From: a virus
Lineage: Duplodnaviria > Caudoviricetes
Length of the DNA: 45,242 nt
Virus record (IMG/VR): IMGVR_UViG_3300032227_000559
Location: 1 to 45,242 of that record
Direction: 5' to 3' (one strand)
Numbering within the stretch: position 1 is the stretch's first letter; the number at the start of each line of letters is the position of its first letter. The position numbers and the translations under genes were made by a program. The notes beneath the pieces were generated by a model. The model was not told the DNA's origin and ran no database searches. It saw only the letters and a list, made by a program, of their open reading frames with translations. Of this stretch, positions 31,819 through 41,392 are shown piece by piece.

Positions 31819-32141
31819 GCACCACCTACACCCAGCTTCCCGGCACGATGAGCTTCGCTCTCAAGCGTGGCGACGACTTCGCCACGTCCATCGACTTTGG
31901 TGGCGTGTCGCTTGTCGGCTACACGGTGACCAGCACGCTGACGAGTCTCGTCACGGGCGGCGCGGTGTCGCCGATCACGACCAGCATCACCGACGCAGCC
32001 GCTGCGGTGGTGGCTGTCAGTCTCACAGACACGCAGACGGCATCGCTGGCCGCTGGCACCTACGGATGGCGGCTTGATTGGTTCGCACCCGGTGGCGTGC
32101 AGAGGACGGCATTGCAGGGCGTCGTCGAGGTCTACGCATGA
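31815..32141 (+). CDS. Fibre adaptor protein (paralog of 5415..5795)
   Basis: AGGAGG RBS, GTGA-coupled; KRGDDF...SLVGYT...VSLTDTQT..L....Y.W...RTALQG. Confidence 0.7.
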   Translation: MSTTYTQLPGTMSFALKRGDDFATSIDFGGVSLVGYTVTSTLTSLVTGGAVSPITTSITDAAAAVVAVSLTDTQTASLAAGTYGWRLDWFAPGGVQRTALQGVVEVYA

Positions 32142-32962
32142 CGCAGGTCACAGCGACGGTAGTGTCGCAGCCGATCACGGCGACGGTATCCGGCGGCAAC
32201 GCGATTGCCGCGAACGTCGGCTCATCGACCTTCACGGCAGCAGCGAGCGGCGGCATAGGGCCGCAAGGACCGGCTGGCGCGGCCGGTGCGCAAGGCATCC
32301 CCGGCGTGGCTGGAGCCACGGGTGCCACGGGTGCCACGGGCAGCGTCGGCCCGCAAGGGCCATCAGGCTTGGCTGGCGCTGTTGGGCCAACCGGCCCAGC
32401 TGGCGCGGCGGGAGTTGCCGGTGCGAAGGGAGACACGGGCGAGCGTGGTGCAACTGGTCCGGCTGGCGAGACTGGTCCGCAAGGCATCCAAGGCGTTGCT
32501 GGTCCATCCGGTGCTACTGGTGCCACGGGACCGCAGGGCATTCAAGGCCAGACGGGCGTGGCAGGCCCGAAGGGCGACACTGGCGATGTCGGGCCGCAAG
32601 GCATCCAGGGCATCCAAGGCGTTACCGGTGCTACTGGCCCAGCGGGTGTGGCGGGAGCCACAGGCTCGAAGGGCGATCGCGGCGACATCGGCCCATCTGG
32701 AGCCACTGGAGCCACTGGCCCGCAGGGAGTTGCTGGGGCTACCGGCAGCGTCGGCCCGCAAGGACCAGCCGCGTCGCTTAACTATGCGTCTATCACCGAC
32801 TTCCCCGCTGTCGGCTCAGGCTCGGCCCTGTACCTCGCAGAGGACACGTCGCGTATCTATCAGTGGGAGTCGCCCGTCTACGTCGAGGTAGGCGTCTCTG
32901 GTGGCGGCAGCAGCGCGGCGGCGACAGACTCAATACACCCTTTTCTGCTGATGGGAGGCTGA
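32138..32962 (+). CDS. Collagen-like fibre protein
   Basis: Uninterrupted Gly-X-Y run from about 32258 to 32770; ends HPFLLMGG. Confidence 0.85.
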   Translation: MTQVTATVVSQPITATVSGGNAIAANVGSSTFTAAASGGIGPQGPAGAAGAQGIPGVAGATGATGATGSVGPQGPSGLAGAVGPTGPAGAAGVAGAKGDTGERGATGPAGETGPQGIQGVAGPSGATGATGPQGIQGQTGVAGPKGDTGDVGPQGIQGIQGVTGATGPAGVAGATGSKGDRGDIGPSGATGATGPQGVAGATGSVGPQGPAASLNYASITDFPAVGSGSALYLAEDTSRIYQWESPVYVEVGVSGGGSSAAATDSIHPFLLMGG

Positions 32963-32963
32963 C

Positions 32964-33293
32964 ATGCCACAGGCTCACAAGGTTCTCGGACAGTCCAACC
33001 CGTCAGCCACGACGCTCACCACGCTCTACACGGTGCCAGCATCGACGCAGGCCGTCTGCTCGACCGTCACGATCTGCAACACAGCGAGCAGCGCGACGAC
33101 CTACAGGATCGCGGTGCGGCCCGCTGGTGCTTCAATAGCGACATCGCAGTACCTCGCCTATGACGCTGCCCTGCCAGCCAACGACACGGCAACGCTCACA
33201 CTTGGCGTGACATTGGCGGCGACCGATGTGATCTCGGTGTATGCCGCGTCAGCAAATGTCGCGTTCTCTGCGTTCGGGGTGGAGATCACCTAG
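32964..33293 (+). CDS. Hypothetical virion protein
   Basis: GGAGG RBS; KVLGQ..P.ATT.TTLYTVP....STVTICN...FSAFG.EI pattern. Confidence 0.7.
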   Translation: MPQAHKVLGQSNPSATTLTTLYTVPASTQAVCSTVTICNTASSATTYRIAVRPAGASIATSQYLAYDAALPANDTATLTLGVTLAATDVISVYAASANVAFSAFGVEIT

Positions 33294-34141
33294 TGAGCAT
33301 CCGCGCCGCATCATCATCGCTGGCGAGCAATTCGCGGCTGCGTTCTAGCATTAGCCGCGCGGTGCGAGTTTTGGTCGTCGGTGGCGGCGGCGGTGGCGGC
33401 AATGCGGGCGGTGGAAACACAGGCGGTGGAGGTGGAGGCGCTGGTGGGTTTCTTGAGGAAGTATTTTCCGTTGCGCTCGGCGTTAGCTATGCCGTGACAG
33501 TTGGTGCTGGCGGTGCGAACGGTTCGACAGCGTCAAACGGATCTCGCTCATCGTTTGGCGCGATAGACGCTATCGGCGGAGGCGGCGCGCAGCCTAGCGG
33601 CGGTCTAGTCACTGGCGGATCGGCTGGAGGAAAAGTCAGCAACGGCGGCGGCGGTCTTTCGCCCATCAGCACGCTGCAAGGGAACAGCAGCGGGAGCGGG
33701 AACGGCTCCGTTGGCGGTGGCGGCGGCGGTGCTGGTGGCAGCGGCAGTGCTGGAACATCGACGGTCGGTGGTGCTGGAGGTGCCGGAAAGACTGCCACGC
33801 TCAACTCCGTGACATACGCAGGCGGCGGCGGTGGCGGCGGCGGTGCGGCTGGAAGCACAGGCGGCGCAGGAGGCAGCGGCGTCGGTGCTTCCGGTGCTGG
33901 CAGAGGCCTGTCAGCGACTGTTTCCGCTGGGGCAAATACCGGCGGGGGAGGCGGCGGCGGTGGTGGCACAACCGGCGCGGCGACAACTGGTTCGTCGGGT
34001 GGCTCTGGCGTTATCGTGCTGAGGTTTGCTGCCGTGCTTAACATCACGCTCGGCGCGGGCCTGACATACACGTCCACTACAAGTGGCAGCGATCGAATCA
34101 TCACAATCACAGCGGGAACAGACACGGTGGCATTCACCTAA
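33293..34141 (+). CDS. Glycine-rich domain protein
   Basis: VLVVGGGGGG, YAVTVGAGG, YAGGGGG, GGSGVIVLR. Confidence 0.8.
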   Translation: MSIRAASSSLASNSRLRSSISRAVRVLVVGGGGGGGNAGGGNTGGGGGGAGGFLEEVFSVALGVSYAVTVGAGGANGSTASNGSRSSFGAIDAIGGGGAQPSGGLVTGGSAGGKVSNGGGGLSPISTLQGNSSGSGNGSVGGGGGGAGGSGSAGTSTVGGAGGAGKTATLNSVTYAGGGGGGGGAAGSTGGAGGSGVGASGAGRGLSATVSAGANTGGGGGGGGGTTGAATTGSSGGSGVIVLRFAAVLNITLGAGLTYTSTTSGSDRIITITAGTDTVAFT

Positions 34142-34443
34142 TGGCACATTACGCATTCATCGACGATGCCAACATCGTTACCGAAGTGATCGCAGGAAAC
34201 GACGAGACTACCGGCGATTGGGAGTCTCACTACGCAAGCGTGCGCGGGCAGCGTTGCCTGAGAACCAGCTATCACACGCAAGGCTGCGTGCATCACAACG
34301 GCGGCACTCCGTTTCGAGGCAACTACGCTGGCATCGGCTACCAGTACCGAGCCGATATTGACGCATTCGTCCCGCCATGCCCCGGCGAGGGCTGGATACT
34401 TGACGAGGCGACGGCAACGTGGGTAGCAGCGGAGGTGAACTGA
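34141..34443 (+). CDS. Hypothetical protein
   Basis: MAHYA.ID..N.VTEVI.G...TSY...FRGNYAGIGY.Y....DAF.PP.P..GW.LDE.T..W pattern, often next to Gly-rich genes. Confidence 0.75.
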   Translation: MAHYAFIDDANIVTEVIAGNDETTGDWESHYASVRGQRCLRTSYHTQGCVHHNGGTPFRGNYAGIGYQYRADIDAFVPPCPGEGWILDEATATWVAAEVN

Positions 34444-34787
34444 TGCCACAGCGAGTTGAGATGCTGCGGCCTGCCAGGGCGAACTACAAGCTCGTGAGGC
34501 GAGACAATGGGCCGAACGCCCACCAGCGTGGCTACTGCTCGCCGCAACACAAGGCGTGGCGGTTGGCTGTGCTGGAGCGTGACAGCTGGCAGTGCCGTGC
34601 CTGCGGTCGCGTGTGTGCCAAGAGACGCGAGGCACACGCTGACCACATCATCGCAGTCGTCTCTCGGCCAGACCTGCGGTACGAGGTCGCGAACGGCCAG
34701 TGCCTTTGTGCGTCGTGCCATGCTTGCAAGACGGCTGCTGAGCGAAGAGGCAGCGAACTGCCTGTCGTGCGCGCACCGACCGGGTAG
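34443..34787 (+). CDS. Packaging-associated HNH endonuclease (HK97 gp74-like)
   Basis: AHQRGY..W...VLERD.W.CRACG...DHI......N.Q.LC..CH..KT; directly upstream of terS. Confidence 0.88.
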   Translation: MPQRVEMLRPARANYKLVRRDNGPNAHQRGYCSPQHKAWRLAVLERDSWQCRACGRVCAKRREAHADHIIAVVSRPDLRYEVANGQCLCASCHACKTAAERRGSELPVVRAPTG

Positions 34788-34873
34788 GGGGCTGGGTGCC
34801 CAAATTGCCAACGAGCTAAACGCACTGTATTCCTAGGGGCGTGCGTCCGCAGATTGCCGCCGCGTTTTCACAC
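34778..34873. other. Probable cos/packaging initiation region
   Basis: Gap between HNH and terS beginning with GGGTAGGGGG, as in HK97-like cos phages; the cut site cannot be located. Confidence 0.4.
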
Positions 34874-35347
34874 ATGGCAAAAACAGGCCCAAAAAAACGA
34901 CCCGCATCCGTCGAGCGTTTGATGGGCAATCCCGGCAAACGCAAGATTCGGCCCGACTTGGAGTCGCCAGCGGGCGTTCCAGAAATGCCAGCACGCCTGA
35001 TGGTCGATCCAGCAGCCGTCGAGAAGTGGCAGGAGATGATTCCGCTGCTTCAACAACTTGGCACGATCACGCTGGCAGACGGCGAGGCTCTAGCCGTTTT
35101 GTGCGAGGTGTATGCTGCGAGTCAGTCATGCCTGCTGGCACTGCGGGCCTCGGGCGTTGTGATGCACACCGACCTCGGGGGCGTGAAGCCAAACCCGGCA
35201 GGTTCGCTGTATCGCAGTCTCGTCGCGCTGCAAGTGCAGATCATGGCAGAGTTCGGGCTGACTCCATCATCTAGGGCACGACTTGGTGGCTCACAAGAAA
35301 AGCCAACAGACGAAGTCTCCGACTTTTTCAAAGTCCACGGAGCCTGA
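34874..35347 (+). CDS. terS: Terminase small subunit (P27 family)
   Basis: GNPGKR, D..ALA..C..Y, K.NP, EFGLTPSSRARL. Confidence 0.92.
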   Translation: MAKTGPKKRPASVERLMGNPGKRKIRPDLESPAGVPEMPARLMVDPAAVEKWQEMIPLLQQLGTITLADGEALAVLCEVYAASQSCLLALRASGVVMHTDLGGVKPNPAGSLYRSLVALQVQIMAEFGLTPSSRARLGGSQEKPTDEVSDFFKVHGA

Positions 35348-36899
35348 GCTTACCCCAGCCGGACAGGCAAAGTACGTTCGCGTCTGCGAGTTCTTCGAGA
35401 AAATCCTGCGGCACTCAAAAGGCCAGACGGCGGGCAAGAACTTCCTGCTGCTGCCGTGGCAGAAGCGTGTGCTGCGAGGGCTGTTCGGTGAACTCAACGA
35501 CGATGAGACGCGAAGGCATCGCGTTGGCTACATCGAGCTTCCAAAGAAGCAAGGCAAATCGACCACCCTGGCCGGTATCGCTCTCTACATGACCATGTTC
35601 GACTCGGAGCCGGGTGCCGAGGTGTATGGTGCGGCATGTGACCGCGAGCAGGCAGGAATCATCTATCGCGAAGCAGCAGCAATGGTGCGAGCCTCGCCAG
35701 CGCTGTCGAAGCACCTGGAGGTGATCGACTCACGAAAGACGATCATCCACAAGGCGAGCAACTCTTTCTATCGCGTGCTGTCCGCTGACGCATTTCGGGC
35801 TGAGGGTCTGAATATCCACGCCTTGCTCTTCGACGAACTCCATGCCCAACGTGACCGGCGGCTGTGGGATGCACTCCGCTACGGCGGTGCCGCTAGACGG
35901 CAGCCGCTAATCCTGTCAATCACGACGGCTGGATATGACCGCCGATCAATCTGCTGGGAGCAGCACCAATACGCCGAGAAGTGCATAGCCGATCCGAAGT
36001 TCGACCCGGCCTTCTACGGCTGCATCTATGCTGCCCCGCAGGAATGCGGAGTCGATGGTACGTGGAAGAGCGAAGACACATGGAAAGCGGCTAACCCGAG
36101 CCTCGGCGAGACGATCACGCTGGAGTCGTTCAAGGCTGACGCCAGAGAGGCAGAGCAGTCGCCGACTAAGTTGAACGCATTCCTTCGCTATCGACTCAAC
36201 GTCTGGACGACACAAGACACGCGGTGGATCTCGCCAGCTGCGTGGGGCGCGTGTGCCAATCCGCTGCGACCGTTTGGTGATCGCCCTGTTTACGCTGGGC
36301 TCGATCTTGCCAGCACGTATGACCTGAGCGCCTTGGTGCTCGTGTGCCCAGACCCGTCTGACAACTCAATCGACGTGCTGCCGTTCTTCTGGATTCCCGA
36401 GGCGAACGCCATAGAGCGGGCACAGCGGGACAAGGTTGACTACCTCGGCTGGATTCGTGACGGGCATATCCGCGTGACCGATGGAAACGTGACCGACTAC
36501 ACCACTCTGCACCGTGACATCACGCAAATCTGCCAGGAATACAACGTCAGAGGGCTGGCCGTAGACATGAAGTTCAACGCCCAGATGCTGGCGAACATGC
36601 TGCAAGGGGATGGGCTAACCGTGGCAGGATGGTCGCAAGGCGGTCCCGGCATGTCGGCACCGGCGAAGACACTAGAGAACCTGATGCTGAACGGCCGAAT
36701 GCGACACGCCGGGCACCCCGTGCTCACTTGGAACGCGGGCAACGCAGCCATTCACGAGGATCGACACGGCAACATCTTCCCGAGCAAGGCCCAGAGCACC
36801 GAGCGAATCGACGGCATCGTGGCACTCTGCCAGGGCATCGGCCTCTGGATGCGAAACGAACAGTCGCCAGCCTCAACCCCCGAAATATTTTTTATATGA
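35283..36899 (+). CDS. terL: Terminase large subunit
   Basis: LLPWQ, PKKQGKST, LLFDELH, ITTAG, W..ANP.LG, GLDLA..DL.A, RIDG; start uncertain. Confidence 0.95.
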   Translation: MVAHKKSQQTKSPTFSKSTEPELTPAGQAKYVRVCEFFEKILRHSKGQTAGKNFLLLPWQKRVLRGLFGELNDDETRRHRVGYIELPKKQGKSTTLAGIALYMTMFDSEPGAEVYGAACDREQAGIIYREAAAMVRASPALSKHLEVIDSRKTIIHKASNSFYRVLSADAFRAEGLNIHALLFDELHAQRDRRLWDALRYGGAARRQPLILSITTAGYDRRSICWEQHQYAEKCIADPKFDPAFYGCIYAAPQECGVDGTWKSEDTWKAANPSLGETITLESFKADAREAEQSPTKLNAFLRYRLNVWTTQDTRWISPAAWGACANPLRPFGDRPVYAGLDLASTYDLSALVLVCPDPSDNSIDVLPFFWIPEANAIERAQRDKVDYLGWIRDGHIRVTDGNVTDYTTLHRDITQICQEYNVRGLAVDMKFNAQMLANMLQGDGLTVAGWSQGGPGMSAPAKTLENLMLNGRMRHAGHPVLTWNAGNAAIHEDRHGNIFPSKAQSTERIDGIVALCQGIGLWMRNEQSPASTPEIFFI

Positions 36900-38758
36900 T
36901 CGCTGAAAACCGCATACTGTGGCTCCCCGGCGAAGAGCGTTCATGGGATGACGACGGCGGTCGGTCGCCCGCTGGAGTGCGAATCACGCCCGAGAACGCG
37001 ACGTCGGTCGCGGCGGTGTTTTCCTGCCTGCGAATCCTCGCCGAGACGGTAGCCGGTCTGCCGCTGCATTTGCTTGAGCGGACAGCCAGCGGCGGCAAGC
37101 GGCTCGCTCGCGAACTGCCGCTCTATCGCCGACTGCACAGCCAGCCAAACAACTGGCAGACGAGTTTTGAGTGGCGCGAGCAGGCAGTGATGCACGTTGC
37201 CCTTTGGGGCGATGCCTACTCTGAGCTTGTGCCTGGCGCGTCTGGTGCTATCGACCAGATCGTGCCGCTGCACCCCAGCCGGATGAAAGTCGAGACGTTG
37301 GAGAACGGCAGGCTGCGGTATTCGTACCGCGAGGCAGGTGGCCGCCAGACTGTCTACTCCGACGAGCAGATTCTGCACATGCGCGGCCCGAGCGATGACG
37401 GAGTGCATGGAATCTCGATTGTGGAAGAGTGCCGTGAGGCTATCGCGTTGGCTCGTGCGTGCGAAGTTCACGGGGCGCGGTTCTTTGGTGCCGGTGCCCG
37501 GCCGGGGTTCATTCTGTCCACCGAGAACCAACTGAACGCTGAAGCTCGCCGAGAACTGGCCGAGAACTGGAACCGCAAGCACAGAGGCCCGCACAACGCT
37601 CACGAAACTGCGGTACTCACGGGCGGGCTGAAGCCCTATGAAGTTCCGTATGCGTCAAACAGTGACTCGCAGTATCTGGAGCTACGAGAGCACCAGCTTC
37701 GCGAGATCGCAAGGCTGTTCCGCATCCCCGGCTATCTGCTCGGCCTTGAGCAGGGATCGCCGCAGAGCGAGATTCAATTCGTCACGCACACGATCATGCC
37801 GTGGCTGCGTCGCTTCGAGTCTGCGTTCCTCCGCGACTTGATCGTTGACGATGAGAAGTACCTTGCCGAGTTCGACGTGCGTGGCCTCTTGCGTGGCGAT
37901 GCCGCGAGCCGGTCGGCGTACTACCGTGCGATGTGGGACATCGGCGTGGTAAGCACGAACGACATCCGAGCCAGCGAAAACCTTGATCCGGTGGAAGGCG
38001 GCGACGAGCGGTATCGTCCGCTCAACATGGGAACGCTTGGCGAAAATCCGTCCGTGGACGACGTGCTGGCCCAGCAGCAGCCGGGCAGCGGCATCGACGG
38101 GCAGGCTGTCGAGGGTGGCGTGGCAGCAGCAGAGCAAGGCCAGCCAGCAGGTGCCGTGGCTCCGCAGGTCGCGGACGTGTCGCTCAACGGGGCACAGATC
38201 ACGGGGCTGATTCAGATCATTTCCCAAGTGCCTGCGGGCCTCATCACAAAGGATGGGGCGGCAGCACTGATCGCCGCGTCGTTCCCGAGCATCACCGCCG
38301 CACAGGTTTCGTCGATTCTCGCAGGAGTGAGCGAGTTGGCTCCAGCAGTGGAGGCAGTGCCGCCGGTTGCGCTGACTCCAGCGGCGCGATCTGAGCCAAT
38401 CAAATCCCGTGCGATGACGATCTCAATCGACTTCGACCAGACCTTCGCGGCAGATCCGCAGTTGTGGGGTGAGTTTGCTGCGAAGTCTGTTGCGGACGGC
38501 AACACAGTCGTGATGATCTCTCGTCGCCCAGACACACCAGAGGATCGTAAGACAGTGGCCGACACGCTGGGCGAGTACGCACCAGCGTTCTCGCAAGTGC
38601 TGCTTGTTGGGAGCGACACGCTCAAGGCTGACGCTGCCGAGGCTGCTGGCATCAATGTTGACGTGTGGGTTGATGACTCGCCGCAGACGATTACGAGCAA
38701 GTCATTGCCAGCGCCAAAAAAGCGAAGCCGCAGAAAGAACACGAATGGCGAAGTATGA
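36896..38758 (+). CDS. HK97-family portal protein with a C-terminal HAD-like domain
   Basis: ATGA-coupled at 36896 (620 aa); AVFSCLRILAETVA.LPL, PLHPSR, EIARLF.IP, LRGD...R, NDIR..ENL.P..GGD; then DFDQT...VDDSP. Confidence 0.92.
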   Translation: MIAENRILWLPGEERSWDDDGGRSPAGVRITPENATSVAAVFSCLRILAETVAGLPLHLLERTASGGKRLARELPLYRRLHSQPNNWQTSFEWREQAVMHVALWGDAYSELVPGASGAIDQIVPLHPSRMKVETLENGRLRYSYREAGGRQTVYSDEQILHMRGPSDDGVHGISIVEECREAIALARACEVHGARFFGAGARPGFILSTENQLNAEARRELAENWNRKHRGPHNAHETAVLTGGLKPYEVPYASNSDSQYLELREHQLREIARLFRIPGYLLGLEQGSPQSEIQFVTHTIMPWLRRFESAFLRDLIVDDEKYLAEFDVRGLLRGDAASRSAYYRAMWDIGVVSTNDIRASENLDPVEGGDERYRPLNMGTLGENPSVDDVLAQQQPGSGIDGQAVEGGVAAAEQGQPAGAVAPQVADVSLNGAQITGLIQIISQVPAGLITKDGAAALIAASFPSITAAQVSSILAGVSELAPAVEAVPPVALTPAARSEPIKSRAMTISIDFDQTFAADPQLWGEFAAKSVADGNTVVMISRRPDTPEDRKTVADTLGEYAPAFSQVLLVGSDTLKADAAEAAGINVDVWVDDSPQTITSKSLPAPKKRSRRKNTNGEV

Positions 38759-39749
38759 CCACATCGACTTCACGCCACCGGCTGGCGTGCGAAGCGAGGC
38801 ACAGAAGGGGCTTGACTGGCGCAGCGAGCACGGTCGCGGTGGCACGGCGGTCGGCATCGCACGGGCACGCGATCTGTCGAACGGCGTGAAAATCTCGCCC
38901 GATACAGCACGAAGGATGAAGGCTTATTTCGACCGGCACGAGGTGGACAAGCAGGGCAAGGGATGGTCGCCCGGCGATGACGGATTTCCGAGCAACGGCC
39001 GCATCGCGTGGGCGATGTGGGGATCAGACCCCGGCTACGCATGGGCACGCAAACTGGTTGAACAGCTAAACGCCGCAGATGAGGAGAACCGCAGCATGAT
39101 CGAACGACGCAGCCTGTACGAAGAGGGTTCCGACGCTTTGCCGCTGCTCCACGTGGAGTCTCGTAGCGAGGAAGGCGACGCTGGCGAGAGCCGCTGGATC
39201 GTCGGCTATGCCGCGAAGTTCGGCGTCAACTCGCTCGACCTGGGCGAGTTCACCGAGCGAATCGCTCCCGAGGCATTCGGCATCGTTGCCGAGCGGCGAG
39301 GCCGCAAGCGTCCGCTGGAGACGCGGGCTCTTTTCAATCACGACGCCAACTATCCGCTGGCTCGCTATCCCGGCACGCTGCGGATGAACGTGGACGAGAT
39401 CGGACTGCGGTACGAATTCAAGGTTCCAGACACGACCTATGGTCGCGATCTCGCCAGCAACATCGACGCAGGCATCGTGCGTGGCAGTTCGTTTAGTTTC
39501 CAGATTGCCCCCGGCGGCGAGTCGTGGAGCGTGGAGGATGGCCGCAGCATTCGCACCGTGACAAAGATCGACAGCCTGATCGACGTGGGGCCAGTGACAT
39601 TTCCCGCGTACCCTGACGCTGACGTGAGCGTTGCGAAGCGTTCGTTCGACTCGTACCGGCAGCAGGCAGCGGTAGCCACGGCGGCATGGATCAAGATGGC
39701 AAAGAAAACCACAGACCTCCGCGAGTACCTCCGCAAGCATGGCCGTTAA
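38745..39749 (+). CDS. HK97-type prohead protease with extra N-terminal domain
   Basis: GYAAKF, F.E.I.P.AF, LFNHD, D..GL.Y, SSFSF, DV.PVTFPAY; ATG 38745. Confidence 0.9.
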   Translation: MAKYDHIDFTPPAGVRSEAQKGLDWRSEHGRGGTAVGIARARDLSNGVKISPDTARRMKAYFDRHEVDKQGKGWSPGDDGFPSNGRIAWAMWGSDPGYAWARKLVEQLNAADEENRSMIERRSLYEEGSDALPLLHVESRSEEGDAGESRWIVGYAAKFGVNSLDLGEFTERIAPEAFGIVAERRGRKRPLETRALFNHDANYPLARYPGTLRMNVDEIGLRYEFKVPDTTYGRDLASNIDAGIVRGSSFSFQIAPGGESWSVEDGRSIRTVTKIDSLIDVGPVTFPAYPDADVSVAKRSFDSYRQQAAVATAAWIKMAKKTTDLREYLRKHGR

Positions 39750-39909
39750 GACTGGCGATTCGTGCGCGAGGTGCCGATGCGGGCGGCTGCAAGTCGCGAG
39801 CAGTCAGCGGCAGGGCGAGTACCAAATTAGGTACTTGCGTTGCGACTCGTGCGGCTGCACTGGCAAGCACGTTTTGAACGCAGTCGAGGTTCGGAGGATG
39901 CGCGGCTAG
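39739..39909 (+). CDS. Ogr/Delta-like zinc-finger protein (56 aa; not in the ORF track)
   Basis: Own translation: MAVKTGDSCARCRCGRLQVASSQRQGEYQIRYLRCDSCGCTGKHVLNAVEVRRMRG. Confidence 0.65.
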   Translation: MAVKTGDSCARCRCGRLQVASSQRQGEYQIRYLRCDSCGCTGKHVLNAVEVRRMRG

Positions 39910-39928
39910 TTTACTCTCGCCTCGCGTT

Positions 39929-39961
39929 CTCTGGATGGGTGGGGGCTGCGGCTCATAGTTT
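39929..39961 (+). promoter_or_regulatory. Putative late promoter, class L (TCTGGATG-N18-TAGTTT) for the capsid gene
   Basis: Same spacing as 5376 and 28944; intergenic, about 50 nt upstream of the capsid start. Confidence 0.45.
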
Positions 39962-40012
39962 CAGTGTGTGGGCAGCGTTGGCCGCCCGCATTCCGCACAC
40001 AGGAGCCTACAC

Positions 40013-41365
40013 GTGGACAAGCTCAAGAAACTGCTCGACGAACTCGCCGCCGTGGTCGCTGAAATGGAAGCGACTTCCGAGATGCCCGCCGAGGGCGATG
40101 CTCCCGCGATGAGCGCAGAGCAGGAAGCGTCCCTCCGCTCGCTCGAAAACCGCGCCGCCAAGCTGCGTGAGCAGATCGAACTGCTCCAGCGGATCGAAGC
40201 CAAGCAGGTCGAGCTGCGTGCCGTCATCGAGCGGGCTGCACCCGCCAAGGCCGTCGAAGCCCCCGAGGTCAAGGAGACCGCAACCGTGGAAACTCGCAAC
40301 TACGCTATCCCCCGTGCCAACGGCCGACTCAAGGCTTTCAAGGGTGCCGACGCCGAAGAGCGTGCGTACCGCGCCGGGATGCACCTCAAGGGCTACCAAC
40401 TCGGCGATGCCGAGGCTCGTCGCTGGTGTGTCGATCATGGCGTCGAGAGCCGCGCTCAGGCTGGCTCGATCAACTCGCTCGGTGGCGTGCTTGTCAGCGA
40501 CGAGCTGTCGTCTGAGATCATCTGTCTCGTCGAGGAGTTCGGCGTGGTGCCAAGCGAGTTTCGCCGCGTGTCGATGAACACCGACTCGGTGCTTGTCGCC
40601 CGCAGGACAAGCGGTCTGTCGGCCCGGCCAATCGGCGAGAACGCTGCACCCAGCACGTCCGACGTGACGTTCGACAACGTCAATCTGATCGCGAAGCTGT
40701 GGGGTATCGACAACCGCATTCCCAACAGCCTTCTGGAAGATTCGGTCATCGACCTCGCTGACGCGATGGCGGTCGAGGTGGCGCAGTCGTTCGCGGAAGC
40801 GTTCGACAACGCGGGCCTGATCGGCGACGGAAGCGCGGCGTACCACGGAACGGTCGGCGTTGCTTCTTCGGTTGTCGATGGCACGCACGCGGCTAGCGTG
40901 GTGACGGCGACCAGCCGGACGACGTTCGACGCTCTGACGCTGACCGACTTCACCAACCTCGTTGCGAGGGTTCCGCTGTTCGCTCGCCGGAACGCGAAGT
41001 TCTTCATCAGCCCGGCTGGCTACGGTTCTTCGATGCTGCGGCTGATGGTTGCCAACGCTGGCAACAACGCCGCTGACATCGCTGGCGGCGCAAACCTCCA
41101 GTTCCTCGGCTTCCCGGTGGTGCTGTGCCATCCGCTCCAGTCGGCCCTGACTGGCACCACGGGCACCGTGGCTTGCCTGTTCGGTGACATGAGCCAAGCG
41201 GCGACCTACGGCGAACGGCGTGGCGTGACGATCAAGACCGACACCAGCCGATTCATCGAGTACGACCAGACCCTCACCTTCGCCACCGCTCGCGTTGCGA
41301 TGGTTGCTCACGACCTCGGCAATGCCACCAAGGCTGGCCCGGTGGTTGCCCTCAAGTTCGGCTGA
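40013..41365 (+). CDS. Major capsid protein, HK97 fold with N-terminal scaffold (delta) domain
   Basis: AGGAG RBS before GTG 40013; coiled-coil N-terminus; GGVLV, GE..., LLEDS..DL, D.A.L.GDG, LG.PV, FGD. Confidence 0.93.
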   Translation: MDKLKKLLDELAAVVAEMEATSEMPAEGDAPAMSAEQEASLRSLENRAAKLREQIELLQRIEAKQVELRAVIERAAPAKAVEAPEVKETATVETRNYAIPRANGRLKAFKGADAEERAYRAGMHLKGYQLGDAEARRWCVDHGVESRAQAGSINSLGGVLVSDELSSEIICLVEEFGVVPSEFRRVSMNTDSVLVARRTSGLSARPIGENAAPSTSDVTFDNVNLIAKLWGIDNRIPNSLLEDSVIDLADAMAVEVAQSFAEAFDNAGLIGDGSAAYHGTVGVASSVVDGTHAASVVTATSRTTFDALTLTDFTNLVARVPLFARRNAKFFISPAGYGSSMLRLMVANAGNNAADIAGGANLQFLGFPVVLCHPLQSALTGTTGTVACLFGDMSQAATYGERRGVTIKTDTSRFIEYDQTLTFATARVAMVAHDLGNATKAGPVVALKFG

Positions 41366-41392
41366 TTTCGATTCACCTCGGAGTACCTGCTA

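Noticed and set aside
33293-34141. PE-PGRS gene implying a mycobacterial host
   Set aside because: No PE domain; the Gly-rich pattern is the generic phage glycine-rich domain
36629-36895. N-terminal extension of the portal (709-aa ORF)
   Set aside because: It overlaps terL out of frame; the ATGA-coupled start at 36896 is more plausible
40007-41311. Long antisense ORFs (also 2305..3357, 11247..12059, 18799..19614, 23082..23807)
   Set aside because: They mirror well-supported genes; expected from GC-rich codon bias; no motifs or RBS
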